In this document: positions 1 to 10,841 of the stretch, piece by piece
Layout: the number at the start of each line of letters is the position of its first letter
Position numbering within the stretch: the first letter of the stretch is position 1
NCBI RefSeq assembly: GCF_000143415.4
Contig: NW_003314273.1
Coordinates: 1 to 64,000 of the forward strand
DNA length: 64,000 nt
Source of the DNA: Selaginella moellendorffii
Lineage: Eukaryota; Plantae; Lycopodiophyta
Direction of reading: 5' to 3'
Made by a program: the position numbers and the translations under genes
The notes under the pieces: generated by a model
Databases searched by the model: none
Told to the model about the DNA's origin: nothing
Seen by the model: only the letters and a program-made list of their open reading frames with translations

Positions 1-193
1 TCCTCTCACAATCAATTATACAATTAATATGGGCGGCTCTTTAAGATTCTCATATCTCTCTAGATTCTAAACGGTTGTATATTTTGTTAAAATAATTAAC
101 TTGTCCTTTGCAAGGATATAGCTAATTAATGCTCACAATACAGAAGAATATCTTTGTTCTTTCTTGTCAGTTTCTCCCCAAATTTTTTTCTAA

Positions 194-3100
194 GTGCTCG
201 AGCAAGGAGAAGATATGAGAGAATTCTATTTGAAGTTCGATCAAGAGCCTCCAATTGTTTTCTCTAGGAGTGTTATAGGAGAGAACTTCCTTTGCAGAAG
301 ATTCAAGCTGAAGCCAGGATCAGTTAGTTTGGAGAATGTATGTCGTGATAAGGGTAATCAGATAGAAAAATCCATTCTTCTCGACAGTGGTGTGGGAGAG
401 AATGGGATTCAATGGGATCTTGATAGATGTACAGGTCAAGAGATTCTAGTTACAGGATCTCCGAAGCGAGGAGAGGAGAGCGCATCAGTTTCACAGCCAA
501 CTGTGCAAAGAGTGAAGGATGAAGTTATTATTCTCTCCAGTGACGAAAATGAAGAAGATGAGCTTCCTGACATAGCTTCCCAGACAAGTAGGTGTGTTCC
601 TTCTGGACCAGTTTTTGAAGTGGTGGATAAGGCATTTCGGCAATCTCGATCATTACGGTTGGAATTGAAGGAGTTCCAGTACATGAGAGGTGAGGAGCTT
701 CCTTCTTCCTATAATGGGAATATATTCTTCGAGTTTCCACCAGCAAGTTCGTCAAGTAGGAAAAGGGGTATGGAAACACGTCTTGATCCACATAATTGGT
801 GCAGAGTAAAGACGACCCACTTCTCTCATTTCGATGGATCTGTGTCCATAGTCCATTGCGGTGGACAGCTTCAGTGTGTCGCTGAGAAATGCATTTCTGA
901 TCATGGCAAGAATATGTGTTTCTTTGAAGGCTCAGCAATCAATCCCCCTAGGCGTGATGAAGTTGCTACAGGATTTAGATGTCGCAAATGCGGGGCAACA
1001 CCTGTGTGTCAAGCATGTTGCGATGCGAAAATGTATTATTTTCTTCCACGGGATGGATGTTTAGGCAGAGCAGCAGTGCATATTGGATACCACCAACACG
1101 CAATTGAGGAAGGAATCCGCTGTGATTCTTTTCGCAATTTGAAGACTGCTGTTACTACAGAGGCTAGGAAGAAAAGTGTAGCAACTCCAAAGTGTGTTCA
1201 ACAGTCTATACTAAAGGACTATGTGGTGGACATATTGTTACAATCTGATAGCCAAAAAGAGTTCACGGAGAATAGCTTGAAGGACCTACTTCGAAATATA
1301 GAACCTATGACAAATTTAAACAGGTATAAAATTAACACTTAACTCTACTTTATCACTAATAACACTCTTTTTTTTTGTAGAATAAAGAACTGGATGCGAG
1401 AAGGGCGAGATGGAAAGCTTCAATCTGGATTGGATGGGATTTTGGAGCTAAAGAGAAAATGTCCCTATGAGTTTATTCATGGGAGCTTATTCGTTGGCCA
1501 AGTGACTTCGAACAATCAACGCCCTTTCATCTTTAAGATGTCTACCCTTGGTCCTGCTTCTGGTGTGGACTTTGTACAACGAATGGATATGGATGGAGAT
1601 GGGGATTTAGCTAATTCCTGGATCCATTTTGATCATATGGAACGAGTTTCAGGCTGGTCAACAATGGGAGCTCATGTTTATGATCACAAGTAAGTGGCTT
1701 TTCATTTTTTAAGGATCTATACCAATTTACATTATAACCATTCCTTTTATAGGTTGCAGTGCAATTTGACTATAGCTATAGCCGAATTCAAAGTTCAAGA
1801 TTTTCAAGCACAAAGCATCTTTTGGACATGTATGTCCGAGGTTGTTGAACAGCGAACCGGGAAGAAACCCAACTTCCGTGGTTTCATGGCAGATGCAGCT
1901 AGTGCTAACTGGTTGGCTGTACGACAAGTATTTGGAGGTGATAAAAGTCAGCCATTACAAGGTAGAGAGAAGAGTTGTGAGTTTCATTGGGCAAAGAGCG
2001 TCAATGAACATTGCCGATGCATCAAGTCTACCTTCCATCACGAGTTCAAGCAGCTTTGTCGGAAATGGATGGATGCACCAACTAAAGAGGAGCACGAGGC
2101 AAAGGCAAATGAAATGCGCATATGGTGGCGTGAAGGAGACAAAGTGCCAATTGAAAACCTTCCACAAATGGAATGCTGGCTTGCATGGTGGGAAGTTCGA
2201 ATGTTTCAGTGGGGTCATTATACTCTCCATGTAAGCTTTCTCTCATTTTCTTTCTTGTCACATTCAAATGTTGCATTTTTTGTAGGATCAACCACTTGAT
2301 GATATTGCACTTACACCAACAATTAATCTCTTTGAGAGCAAACATTGGAGTTGGAGAGCTTCCGAAGCAGGGAAAGGAAAAGTGTCCCTCTATGAAGCTA
2401 CACTCTCCGACCTCACTAGATCTCTTGAGCAATCATCAAAAGCTTTGGCTGCACAGGAAGCAAGGTTTGCTAGTACAGGTCCGAACTTAGACAGGCTTCA
2501 AGAGCGGGTTGGTAGAAGGACAACACCAGCAGCAGGGTCAATGTCCAAGATGGTGGAGGAAGTTGTTGCTGGAACTCCTATGAAATCAAGTTATGAGCCA
2601 CTTGGGGACATGAGAACAGCCCGTATGAAGCGTCGACAAACATTTGATGGGTCAAACATCACTCCTTCTAGCTCTCACCGTCCAGAGTTTGACTACCATT
2701 CTGTTCCACGACACCGGAAAAGAACTAAGGAACATGGAGTGGAGGAGGTGCCAGTTGTTACACAAGTAAGTCCAGTGCCAGAGGTTGAAAAGGTTATTTC
2801 TCGCGAGCCAGTTTCTCGTATCAACTGGGCAATTCGAAGAGTCAGTGCCAAGAGCAATGCACGTTGCTCTGGAATGATTGGGAGTCGAGGTCAGTGTCTC
2901 GCTTTTGTGCGCTCAGGTTGAAGTTCTTCAGTAGTGCCATGTTTCTGGGGCTGTCGAGATCTAGGAGTGAAGGGCCGCCAGTCAAGCTGGATCTACTGTT
3001 GTGGGACTGATGTTACTCATACAAGCCGGATCCACAGCTCAATTATTTTGAAGCCAGATTCTGTGCCAGAGGAGTGGCCAGTTGAGCGAAGCTGCAATCT

Positions 3101-3578
3101 TTTGAAAGAAGAGATTGAAAGTCTGGAGAGAGCAGGTTTCAAGCTAAAGACTTCCTCAAATGTTGCTGTTAGTACTGCTATGCCACCAATATCAACACTA
3201 GACCGGCATACACGACCAGCTAGGAATGGGAAGGCTATACAATACAGGTCTTCCATTTCGAAAGGTGCACAAGAGAAGATCAAGCTGGCAAAAGAGCTAA
3301 AGTGCACAATCACAAAGACAAACTACATCAGTGCTATGGCTAAGGAGTTTATTATTGTGACTGAGTCATCAAAGGGTACAAGCTACACTGTTAAAATCTG
3401 CGAAAATCCATCCTGTACCTGTCCAGATTTTACACAGCGGGAGAACAGGGGAAAGGTATATTTAGCCTGCAAGCACATCTATTACATTTTTATGCAGGAA
3501 CTAAACCAAGATCCTAAGATTGACCATCACATCCACCAGGCAAGCCTTACAGTTGCGGAGCTTGAGAAGTGTTTTTAG
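194..3578 (+). mobile_element. Mutator-like (MULE) transposase gene: GCM/WRKY-like Zn domain, DDE core, C-terminal SWIM finger; 3 introns; one premature stop; 5' end possibly outside window
   Basis: ORFs join in frame across GT-AG introns 1324-1380, 1690-1752 and 2231-2285. MULE-type motifs FMADAASANWLAVRQVF, CEFHW and NLFESKH. SWIM motif CTCPDF...CKH. In-frame TGA at 2919-2921. Confidence 0.8.
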
Positions 3579-3715
3579 ATTGCTTTTAGTGTTCGGATCT
3601 ATATTTATATTTGTATTTTATTAGTCGAATTTACTTGGAAATATAGATTAAATCAAAATTTGAAGAATGGAAAGATGTTGGTTCGGGACGAACCAATGTT
3701 TTTCTTGTGTTTGAG

Positions 3716-3773
3716 AAGCCGTGAGCTCAGCTCATGAGCTCAGCTCGTGAGCTCATGAGCTCAAAACCTACCC
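3716..3773. repeat. Probable right terminus (TIR/subterminal) of the MULE, built from GAGCTC/TGAGCTCA palindromes
   Basis: gccgtgagctcagctcatgagctcagctcgtgagctcatgagctcaaaacctaccc is followed abruptly by LTR repeat sequence. The partner TIR is not in the window. Confidence 0.45.
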
Positions 3774-4055
3774 AGGCTCCGATCTCGGACTTGATCTCAG
3801 ACCCGATCTCGGACCCGACCTCGGACTCGACCTCGGACTCGGTCTCGGACCCGATTTTTGGATCTCAAACTCGGTCTCGAACTCGGTCCCCGAGTCGGCC
3901 TCGGACTCGATTCCGGACTCTATCTTGAACTCGGTCTTTGAGTCGGTCTTGGACTCGATCTTTGACTTGGTCCCATCTGATGAACTCTTTGTCATTTTGG
4001 TCATGCTTTCGGGGTTCCTTTAGCCTACGACACCTCGGCGAGTTGGTTCCTTACA
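3774..4055 (-). repeat. 3' LTR of Z copy 1 (partial, cut at the MULE end)
   Basis: Matches ~9460-9747 plus 11986-11994. Ends CCTTACA next to the PPT. Confidence 0.85.
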
Positions 4056-4840
4056 ACTCCACCACCCATAGAAAAAGTTCGATGCCCACATCGAATGTCT
4101 CTTTTTTATCCTACGACTTGTTGACCATGTCTCCGGGGGCATCCCCCCATTTAGCAGTGTGCCTAAGTTAGCCTCCCCGGCCAAGAGCCCATGACAACGG
4201 AATATAGGTGTCCCTATACTCCTCACCTCACCACGCCCTAGTATGGGGTTGGGACTTGAACCCAGCCTTGCTTTACTAGGGGGTTGGGACTCGAACCCAA
4301 CCTCCGTAGAATATGTCTACGGGTTCGACATCCCCGCAGGGAGTCGGGCGTAGCTCCCTACGCCTGGTCGACCTAGCTAACCCATGCTAATTAGCTTACC
4401 TTCGGCGCACCTTCGGGTCCCAACATATGCCATTGCTCAACTTCTCAAATTGATACTTTTAATTGAACTTTGCATAAGTACATAGAGTTTTGCTTTGCAG
4501 AAATTCCTCCACTAGATCTCGCCTGTTCGCTAGGTTCTCCTCCGGTTCCCATGTTGCTTTATAGTGTGGAAATCCTTTCCACTTCACATGGAACTCTCTC
4601 ACCTCACGTCCTTGTCGCTTGCTCTTGCGCGCAATGAGGATGGCCTCCACTTCGTATTCCTCTTCCCCTTGGATAACCTCAGGTAAAGGTCTTATTTGGT
4701 CCTTGCGAAGTGGATCCTCAAAATATAACTTAAGTAAGTTCACGTGGAACACGGGATGCATCTTCCCCATCTCTCGAGGAAGTCAAAGACGGTAAGCCAC
4801 TTTACCGATTCGAGCCTCAATCTCGTAAGGCCCTGCGAAC

Positions 4841-4892
4841 CTGCTTAAGGAACTCAAGATCAATTCATTTACAGGAATACATGCATTTTTAC
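4841..4892 (-). other. Predicted 52-nt spliceosomal intron in the integrase C-terminal GPY/F module
   Basis: CAAAG|GTAAAA...CCTTAAGCAG|GTTCGCAGGGCCTTAC. Removal gives SRKVTQRFAGPYEI. Same 52-nt insert at 15623-15674. Confidence 0.85.
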
Positions 4893-5309
4893 CTTTGGGT
4901 GACCTTTCGGCTGATCCCACTTGGTAGCCTGAGGTTCTTGGTGTTCAGCCACACCTTCTCCCCAGCTTGGAACTTTACGTCCCGGCGCTTCTGGTTCGCG
5001 TACTTGGTTTGCCTTTGTTGCGCTCGTTCCAAGGAATCCCTCACTAGATTCTAAATGTTGAGTCTTTCTGCTGTAAATGCCTCCACTGCGGGTAGCTCTT
5101 CATGATACTCGGCCACGCCGAGTTCCACAGGACCTTCAATAGCTCGCTCATTGATGACTTCCCATGGACTCACCCCGATACTTGAATGTGGTGAGTTGTT
5201 ATAACACATTCCGCAAGTCCCAAATGACTTACCCAATCGGTCTGGTCTCCCGAGACATAGCATCGCAAATAATCCTCCAACTGCCTATTCACCCTTTCCA
5301 TTTGTCCGT

Positions 5310-5356
5310 CTGTCAAGAAGTGTTAGTGCCACCAAACTTGAGTTAATACCTCATAC
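5310..5356 (-). other. Predicted 47-nt spliceosomal intron in the integrase catalytic core
   Basis: GTATGA...CACTAAC...TTGACAG. Removal gives HPQTNGQMERVNRQLEDYLRCYV. Same 47-nt insert at 16083-16129. Confidence 0.88.
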
Positions 5357-8300
5357 TTGTCTGTGGGTGATAGGCTGTGCTGAATTTCAACTTGGTGCGA
5401 TACTGTTCCAGGAGGGTCCTCCAGAACCTACTAGTGAAGATCTTATCTCGATCTGAGATGATCTCTTCTGGCCTTCCCCTCACTCGAACCACTTGTTCGA
5501 AGAACAATTTCGCCACACCTTCCGCATCCACTTCCGTTGTGGTGGGTATGAAATGTGCCATTTTCGAAAATCAGTCCACCACCACGAATATCACATCAAA
5601 CCCCTCGCTTGGGGGAAGTCCCGTGATGAAGTCCATCGTAAGACATTTCCATGGACAATCTGGAATTGGGATGCTTTGCAACAAGCCCCCACTAGCCTTA
5701 GTCACGGCTTTGACCTGCTGACATGTTCGGCATGTCTTTACATAGTCATGGACGTCCTTAGCCATATCTGGCCAATAGTACTTCCTCTTGAGTAAGCCCA
5801 TCGTCTTGGGCACTCCGCCGTGTCCCGCAAGAAGTCTGTCATGACACTCTTCTAAGGCTACCTTCCTTAGTTCCCCTTCTGGAACATACACCCTCGTTTG
5901 CTTGTAATAGATGAGTCCGTTGCGTTCCGCATAGCCCGTTTTCTCTTCCGTTGGCAGCTCACTTCTCTGGTGAGCTTCTTGTGCCTCTAGATTCCTCAGC
6001 AACACTTCTTGTGCTAGACCATTGTTCTCATATGCTGTCCGCACATCGTCCCAGAAGGTTGCTGTTGCGCTGGATATCGCCAACCTCAAGCTCGCTTTTC
6101 GACTTAGCGCATTTGCCACGATATTGCTCTTCCCAGGCTTGTACAGAATCTCGCAATCAAACTCGGCCAAGGCATTGGCCCACCGACCTTGTTTCCCTCT
6201 CAGGTCGGGCTGTGACAAGAAGTGTTTTGTTGCCACATTGTCCGTGTAAACTTTGAAGTGTCTCCCAAGGCAGTGTCGCCACTCCTTGAGTGCCTTGACC
6301 ATCGCGAACAATTCCTTCTCGTGGGCAGGCCACTTCCGTTGAGCCTTGTCCAACTTCTTTGAGAAGAACGCTACTGGATGGTTGTCTTGCTTCAAAACTG
6401 CGCCCAACGCAAAGTCCGAAGCATCCGTGTCTACACCAAAATCTGGTAATGCCAACACGAGAGCCTTCCTCAACTTCCCTTTGAGGTGGACGAATGCCGC
6501 CTCGCATTCTGCTGTCCATACCATCTTCCCTTTTCCTGTTTGGTCCGTTAAGGGCAGGGCTACTCTCGAATAGTGTCTGATAAACTTTCAATAGTAGTTG
6601 TATAGCCCCAAGAACACCCTCAACTCATGTACATTCAATAGTCGCTCCCATTCCTGGATCGCTTGGACCTTCTCCGGGTCCACCTTGAGCCCGTCTTGGC
6701 CCACCACATGCCCGAGAAACTTTACCTCTTGTTGAGCAAAGTCACATTTGCTCTCTTTAGCATATAGTTTGCGTTCCCTTAGTTTCTCAAACACCTTCGC
6801 CAAGTGTTCGGCATGCTCCTCTAGCATCTCGCTATAGATCAGGATGTCGTCGATATAGACGACCACAAAGTGATCCAGATAGGGTACAAAGATGTGGTTC
6901 ATCAGCGCCGAAAACGTTGCCGGCGCATTGCATAGCCCGAAGGGCATCATCAGAAACTCAAAGCTCCTATACCTCATTCGACAGGTTGTGTTCTCGACAT
7001 CTTCCTCGGCTACCCTGATCTGGTAGTATCCTAACCTTAGGTCAATCCTCGAGAAGTATTTTGCCTTTCCCAACCTATCGAACAGGTCCTCAATTCTTGG
7101 CAAAGGGTACTTGTTCTTCTTTGTATACTTGTTGAGCAACCGATAGTCTATGCACATGTGCATAGAACCATCTTTCTTTTTCACAAATAACACCGGCGCC
7201 CCATACAGCGACTTGCTCAACCTAACATACCCTTTGTCCACCAACTCCTCTAGTTGGCACTTGAGCTCCTTGAGTTCTTTTTCGTTCAAACGATAGGGGG
7301 GACGAACCACCGCCTCAGCACCCTCGACCAGCTCAATCTTATATTCTATCGGTCGTGCGGGGGGCAACCCCGCCGGTAGCTCCTCCGGCATGGTATCCTG
7401 GAATTGGTTCAACACCCGCTGGATCACCAAAGGTACTTCTTCCGTTCCTGTCTTTTTGTCACTCTTCACCGAGAGTAAGCACAAAAAGGCTGCCTTAGTT
7501 TCTTTGGTGAGTTGTCCTCTCGTGGACACCAGATTTAAGCAGGAATCTTTGGTCTTGCTTTGCCCTACCTTTAGATCCTGGGCCTCCACCCTAGATCTTC
7601 TTCCTTGGGCATTCGCCAGTACCACAAGGTTCCTACCTTGTCCATGCAGGGCTACCACGAACCGATTAAACCAATCCATTCCGAAGATCACATCAAATCC
7701 CGCCATGTTTAACACGGTGAAATCCATGTTTACTTTCTATGTCCCTACTTCGACTCTCACTTGTCGAAGTACCTCATCGGTGCTTTGGCTATCTTGAACA
7801 AACTCTATAGTCCTTGGTTCGCCTAGCCGCTACACCATTAGTCCGGCTTGCCGGACTATGTCTGCAGCCACAAAATTATCCGAAACACCCGTGTCAATAA
7901 GGATCTTAACAAAGCTACCTCCGAGCTTCCCTCGGAGGGCTAGTAGATGTCGCGAACAACTCTCTACCAAAGTTGCTCGTGTAATGAGTAACTTTGAGTT
8001 AGGGACTGGATCACATACCTCAGTTTGGACTTCACTCGACTTGATGGCCATATTAGCTCTGGCCTTCTTCGGGTAGGGACATTCCCTTGAAAAGTGTCCC
8101 GCTTCACCGCAGTTGTAGTATACGTTGTTTCCCACGTTGCTATATGACTTGACCTTCTTATCCATGGGTTTGTCTTTTTTCGCTTGACTCCCCCACGTAC
8201 TCGCTTGCTGGCCACCGGATTTGCCTTTCCGGAACCCCAAGGACTCATTCTTAGAGAAATTCTTCTTGAATTTCCCCCTGCTATACGTTCCCCTTGGTTT

Positions 8301-9258
8301 GGCCCCTTTGCTAAACGTGGATCCCGACCCCGTCGTGTTCCCCTTTCGCAGGTTATCGTTGAAATGCACCTTGATGGCTGCATCCAACGCTTCCTTATAG
8401 TTAGTCGGGTTCTACCGCATCACCTCACCGCGAGCCCAGGTTTGCAAACCTGATATGAAGGCATGGAACACATCCATATCCCCCATGTCCATGACCAGTA
8501 TCCTCTTTGCCATGAACCCATTCACATATTCTTGGATGGTTCCAGTCTGTTTCAGCCTACTCAGCTCATCTCTCAGATGCAGAGTGGCATTTGGAGGAAC
8601 GTATGTTGCGCGAATCCTCGCCTTCATCATGTCCCAAGTGGCCACCGGTCCTTCGTTGGCTTCCGTCGTTCTCCACCAAGACTTGGCATTATCTGCCAAG
8701 TATGGTTTTGCACATGGGACCTTCTCCGAGCTCGGTAATCGCAATGCTTGGAAGTAGTCCTCCATATCGTAAAACCAATCCTCCACCACCTTATAGTCAT
8801 TCACTCCCTTGAAGACCGGTGGGGGCTTTGGTTTGTACTTGGGAATTGCTTGAGGGACTGATTCTACTTCGGTCTGTTCGACCTTGTTTGGTTCTGCCTC
8901 AGTCCCTGCCGAAGGGTCCGCACCTTCTGCGCTGCCAGCATCCGCAGTCTTTCTCTTTTTCTTCCGCTTCTCGTCATGCTTTAGCTTGCGTACGAGAGTC
9001 TCCAGCAGGGCATTGGTCTGTGCCAACTGTCCTAGCACGTCCAATCGAGCCTTGGACGACCGAACCTCGCCACCGGACTCCTGTTTGGAAGTTTCCTCAC
9101 TAGAGCCCTCCTCATGCAAGGATTCCTCATCCATAGCCTCCTGTTCAACCGAAGGCTCCAGCTTCGGCGGAGGTTCCGTCTCTGCCTGGGTTCACTTACG
9201 CCCTGCCCTTGCCATCTCCCAGCAATCCGCCTCTATCCTTCGCTAGAACTGAGGAAAA

Positions 9259-9271
9259 GGCTCCGATACCA
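9259..9271 (-). promoter_or_regulatory. Primer binding site (initiator tRNA-Met type) of Z copy 1
   Basis: Minus strand TGGTATCGGAGCC, 3 nt from the LTR end. Confidence 0.9.
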
Positions 9272-9747
9272 AATTGTAAGCCACAAATTTTTCCTTTCCA
9301 ATTTGCCAGCTTACCTCGTCTATCCGACCAACACTGCCTTGGCTTGTGCTAAGGGAGACGCACGCTTTGGGCTTTCACCCCTTGACCCGTATTAGTATTT
9401 GGACTTAGTCTTTGGCTCGATCTCGGACTCAATTTCGAATCCGACTTCGGATTTGGTCTCGGACTCGATCTCGAACTCGATCTCAGACTCGATCTCGGAC
9501 CCGACCTCGGACTCGACCTCGGACTCGGTCTCGGACCCGATTTTCGGATCTCGGACTCGGTCTCGAACTCGGTCTCGAACTCGGTTTCGAACTCGGTCCC
9601 CAAGTGGGCCTCGGACTCGATTCCGGACTCTATCTTGAACTCGGTCTCCGAGTCGGTCTTGGACTTGATCTTCGACTTGGTCCCATCCGATGAACTCTTT
9701 GTCATTTTGGTCATGCTTTTGGGGTTCCTTTCACCTCGGCGAGTTGG

Positions 9748-10746
9748 TGTGAGACACAAAATCCCTAGGCCCCAAAGTGGAGCCGGAAGGGCGCCACATG
9801 GTAGTGGCCGAAGCGAGAGCCAAACGAGTGTAACACGTTTGGACCAAAAGCTCCGACTTGAAAAGTCAAGAGCGGGAGTGGAACTCCCAACGAAGTGCTC
9901 GAGGAACGAGCACGAAGTGAGCAAAAAGTGAGGCTCCAAAAAGGGACCCAAAAGGACCAACACATGACACGTGGAAGTGTCCGAGATGGACTCGAGTTGG
10001 AGTCCGAAGTGGAGTCCGAGATGGACTCGAGTTGGAGTCCGAAGTGGAGTCCGAGATGGACTCGAGTTGGAGTCCGAAGTGGAGTCCGAGATGGACCCGA
10101 GTTGGAGTCCGAAGTGGAGTCCGAGATGGACCCGAGTTGGAGTCCGAGATGGAGTCCGAGATGGACCCGAGATGGAGTCCGAGATGGAGTCCGAGATGGA
10201 GTCCGAGGTGGACCCGAGATGGACCCGAAATGGAGTCCGAGATGGAGTCCGAAATGGAGTCCGAAATGGAGTCCGAGATGGACCCGAGATGGAGTCCGAA
10301 GTGGAGTCCGAGATGGACCCGAGTTGGAGTCCGAAGTGGAGTCCGAGATGGACCCGAGTTGGAGTCCGAGATGGAGTCCGAGATGGACCCGAGATGGAGT
10401 CCGAGATGGAGTCCGAGATGGAGTCCGAGGTGGACCCGAGATGGACCCGAAATGGAGTCCGAGATGGAGTCCGAAATGGAGTCCGAAATGGAGTCCGAGA
10501 TGGACCCGAGATGGAGTCCGAGATGGAGTCCAAGATGGAGTCCGAGGTGGACACGAGATGGACCCGAAATGGAGTCCGAGATGGAGTCCGAGATGGAGTC
10601 CGAGATGGAGTCCGAGATGGACCCAAAATGGAGTCCGAGATGGACCTGAGATGGAGTCCGAGATGGAGTCCGAGATGGACCCGAAATGGAGTCCGAGATG
10701 GACCTGAGATGGAGTCCGAGATGGAGTCCGAGATGGAGTCCGAAGT

Positions 10747-10841
<95 letters not shown>

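Larger units (their letters stand above)
4459..9215 (-). pseudogene. gag-pol of Z copy 1, with stops/frameshifts and two integrase introns
   Basis: ORFs 8412-9134 (capsid), 7830-8387 (zinc knuckle, protease LIDTG), 6588-7727 (RT), 5571-6524 (RH/INT), 5343-5561, 4459-4770 (chromodomain). Confidence 0.9.

Noticed and set aside
4020-4226. Extra ORF downstream of pol, similar in both Z copies
   Set aside because: Short, with different starts and stops between copies; explained by nucleotide similarity.
4250-4305. tRNA gene suggested by GGTTCGAGTCCC
   Set aside because: No cloverleaf; treated as part of the UTR hairpin array.
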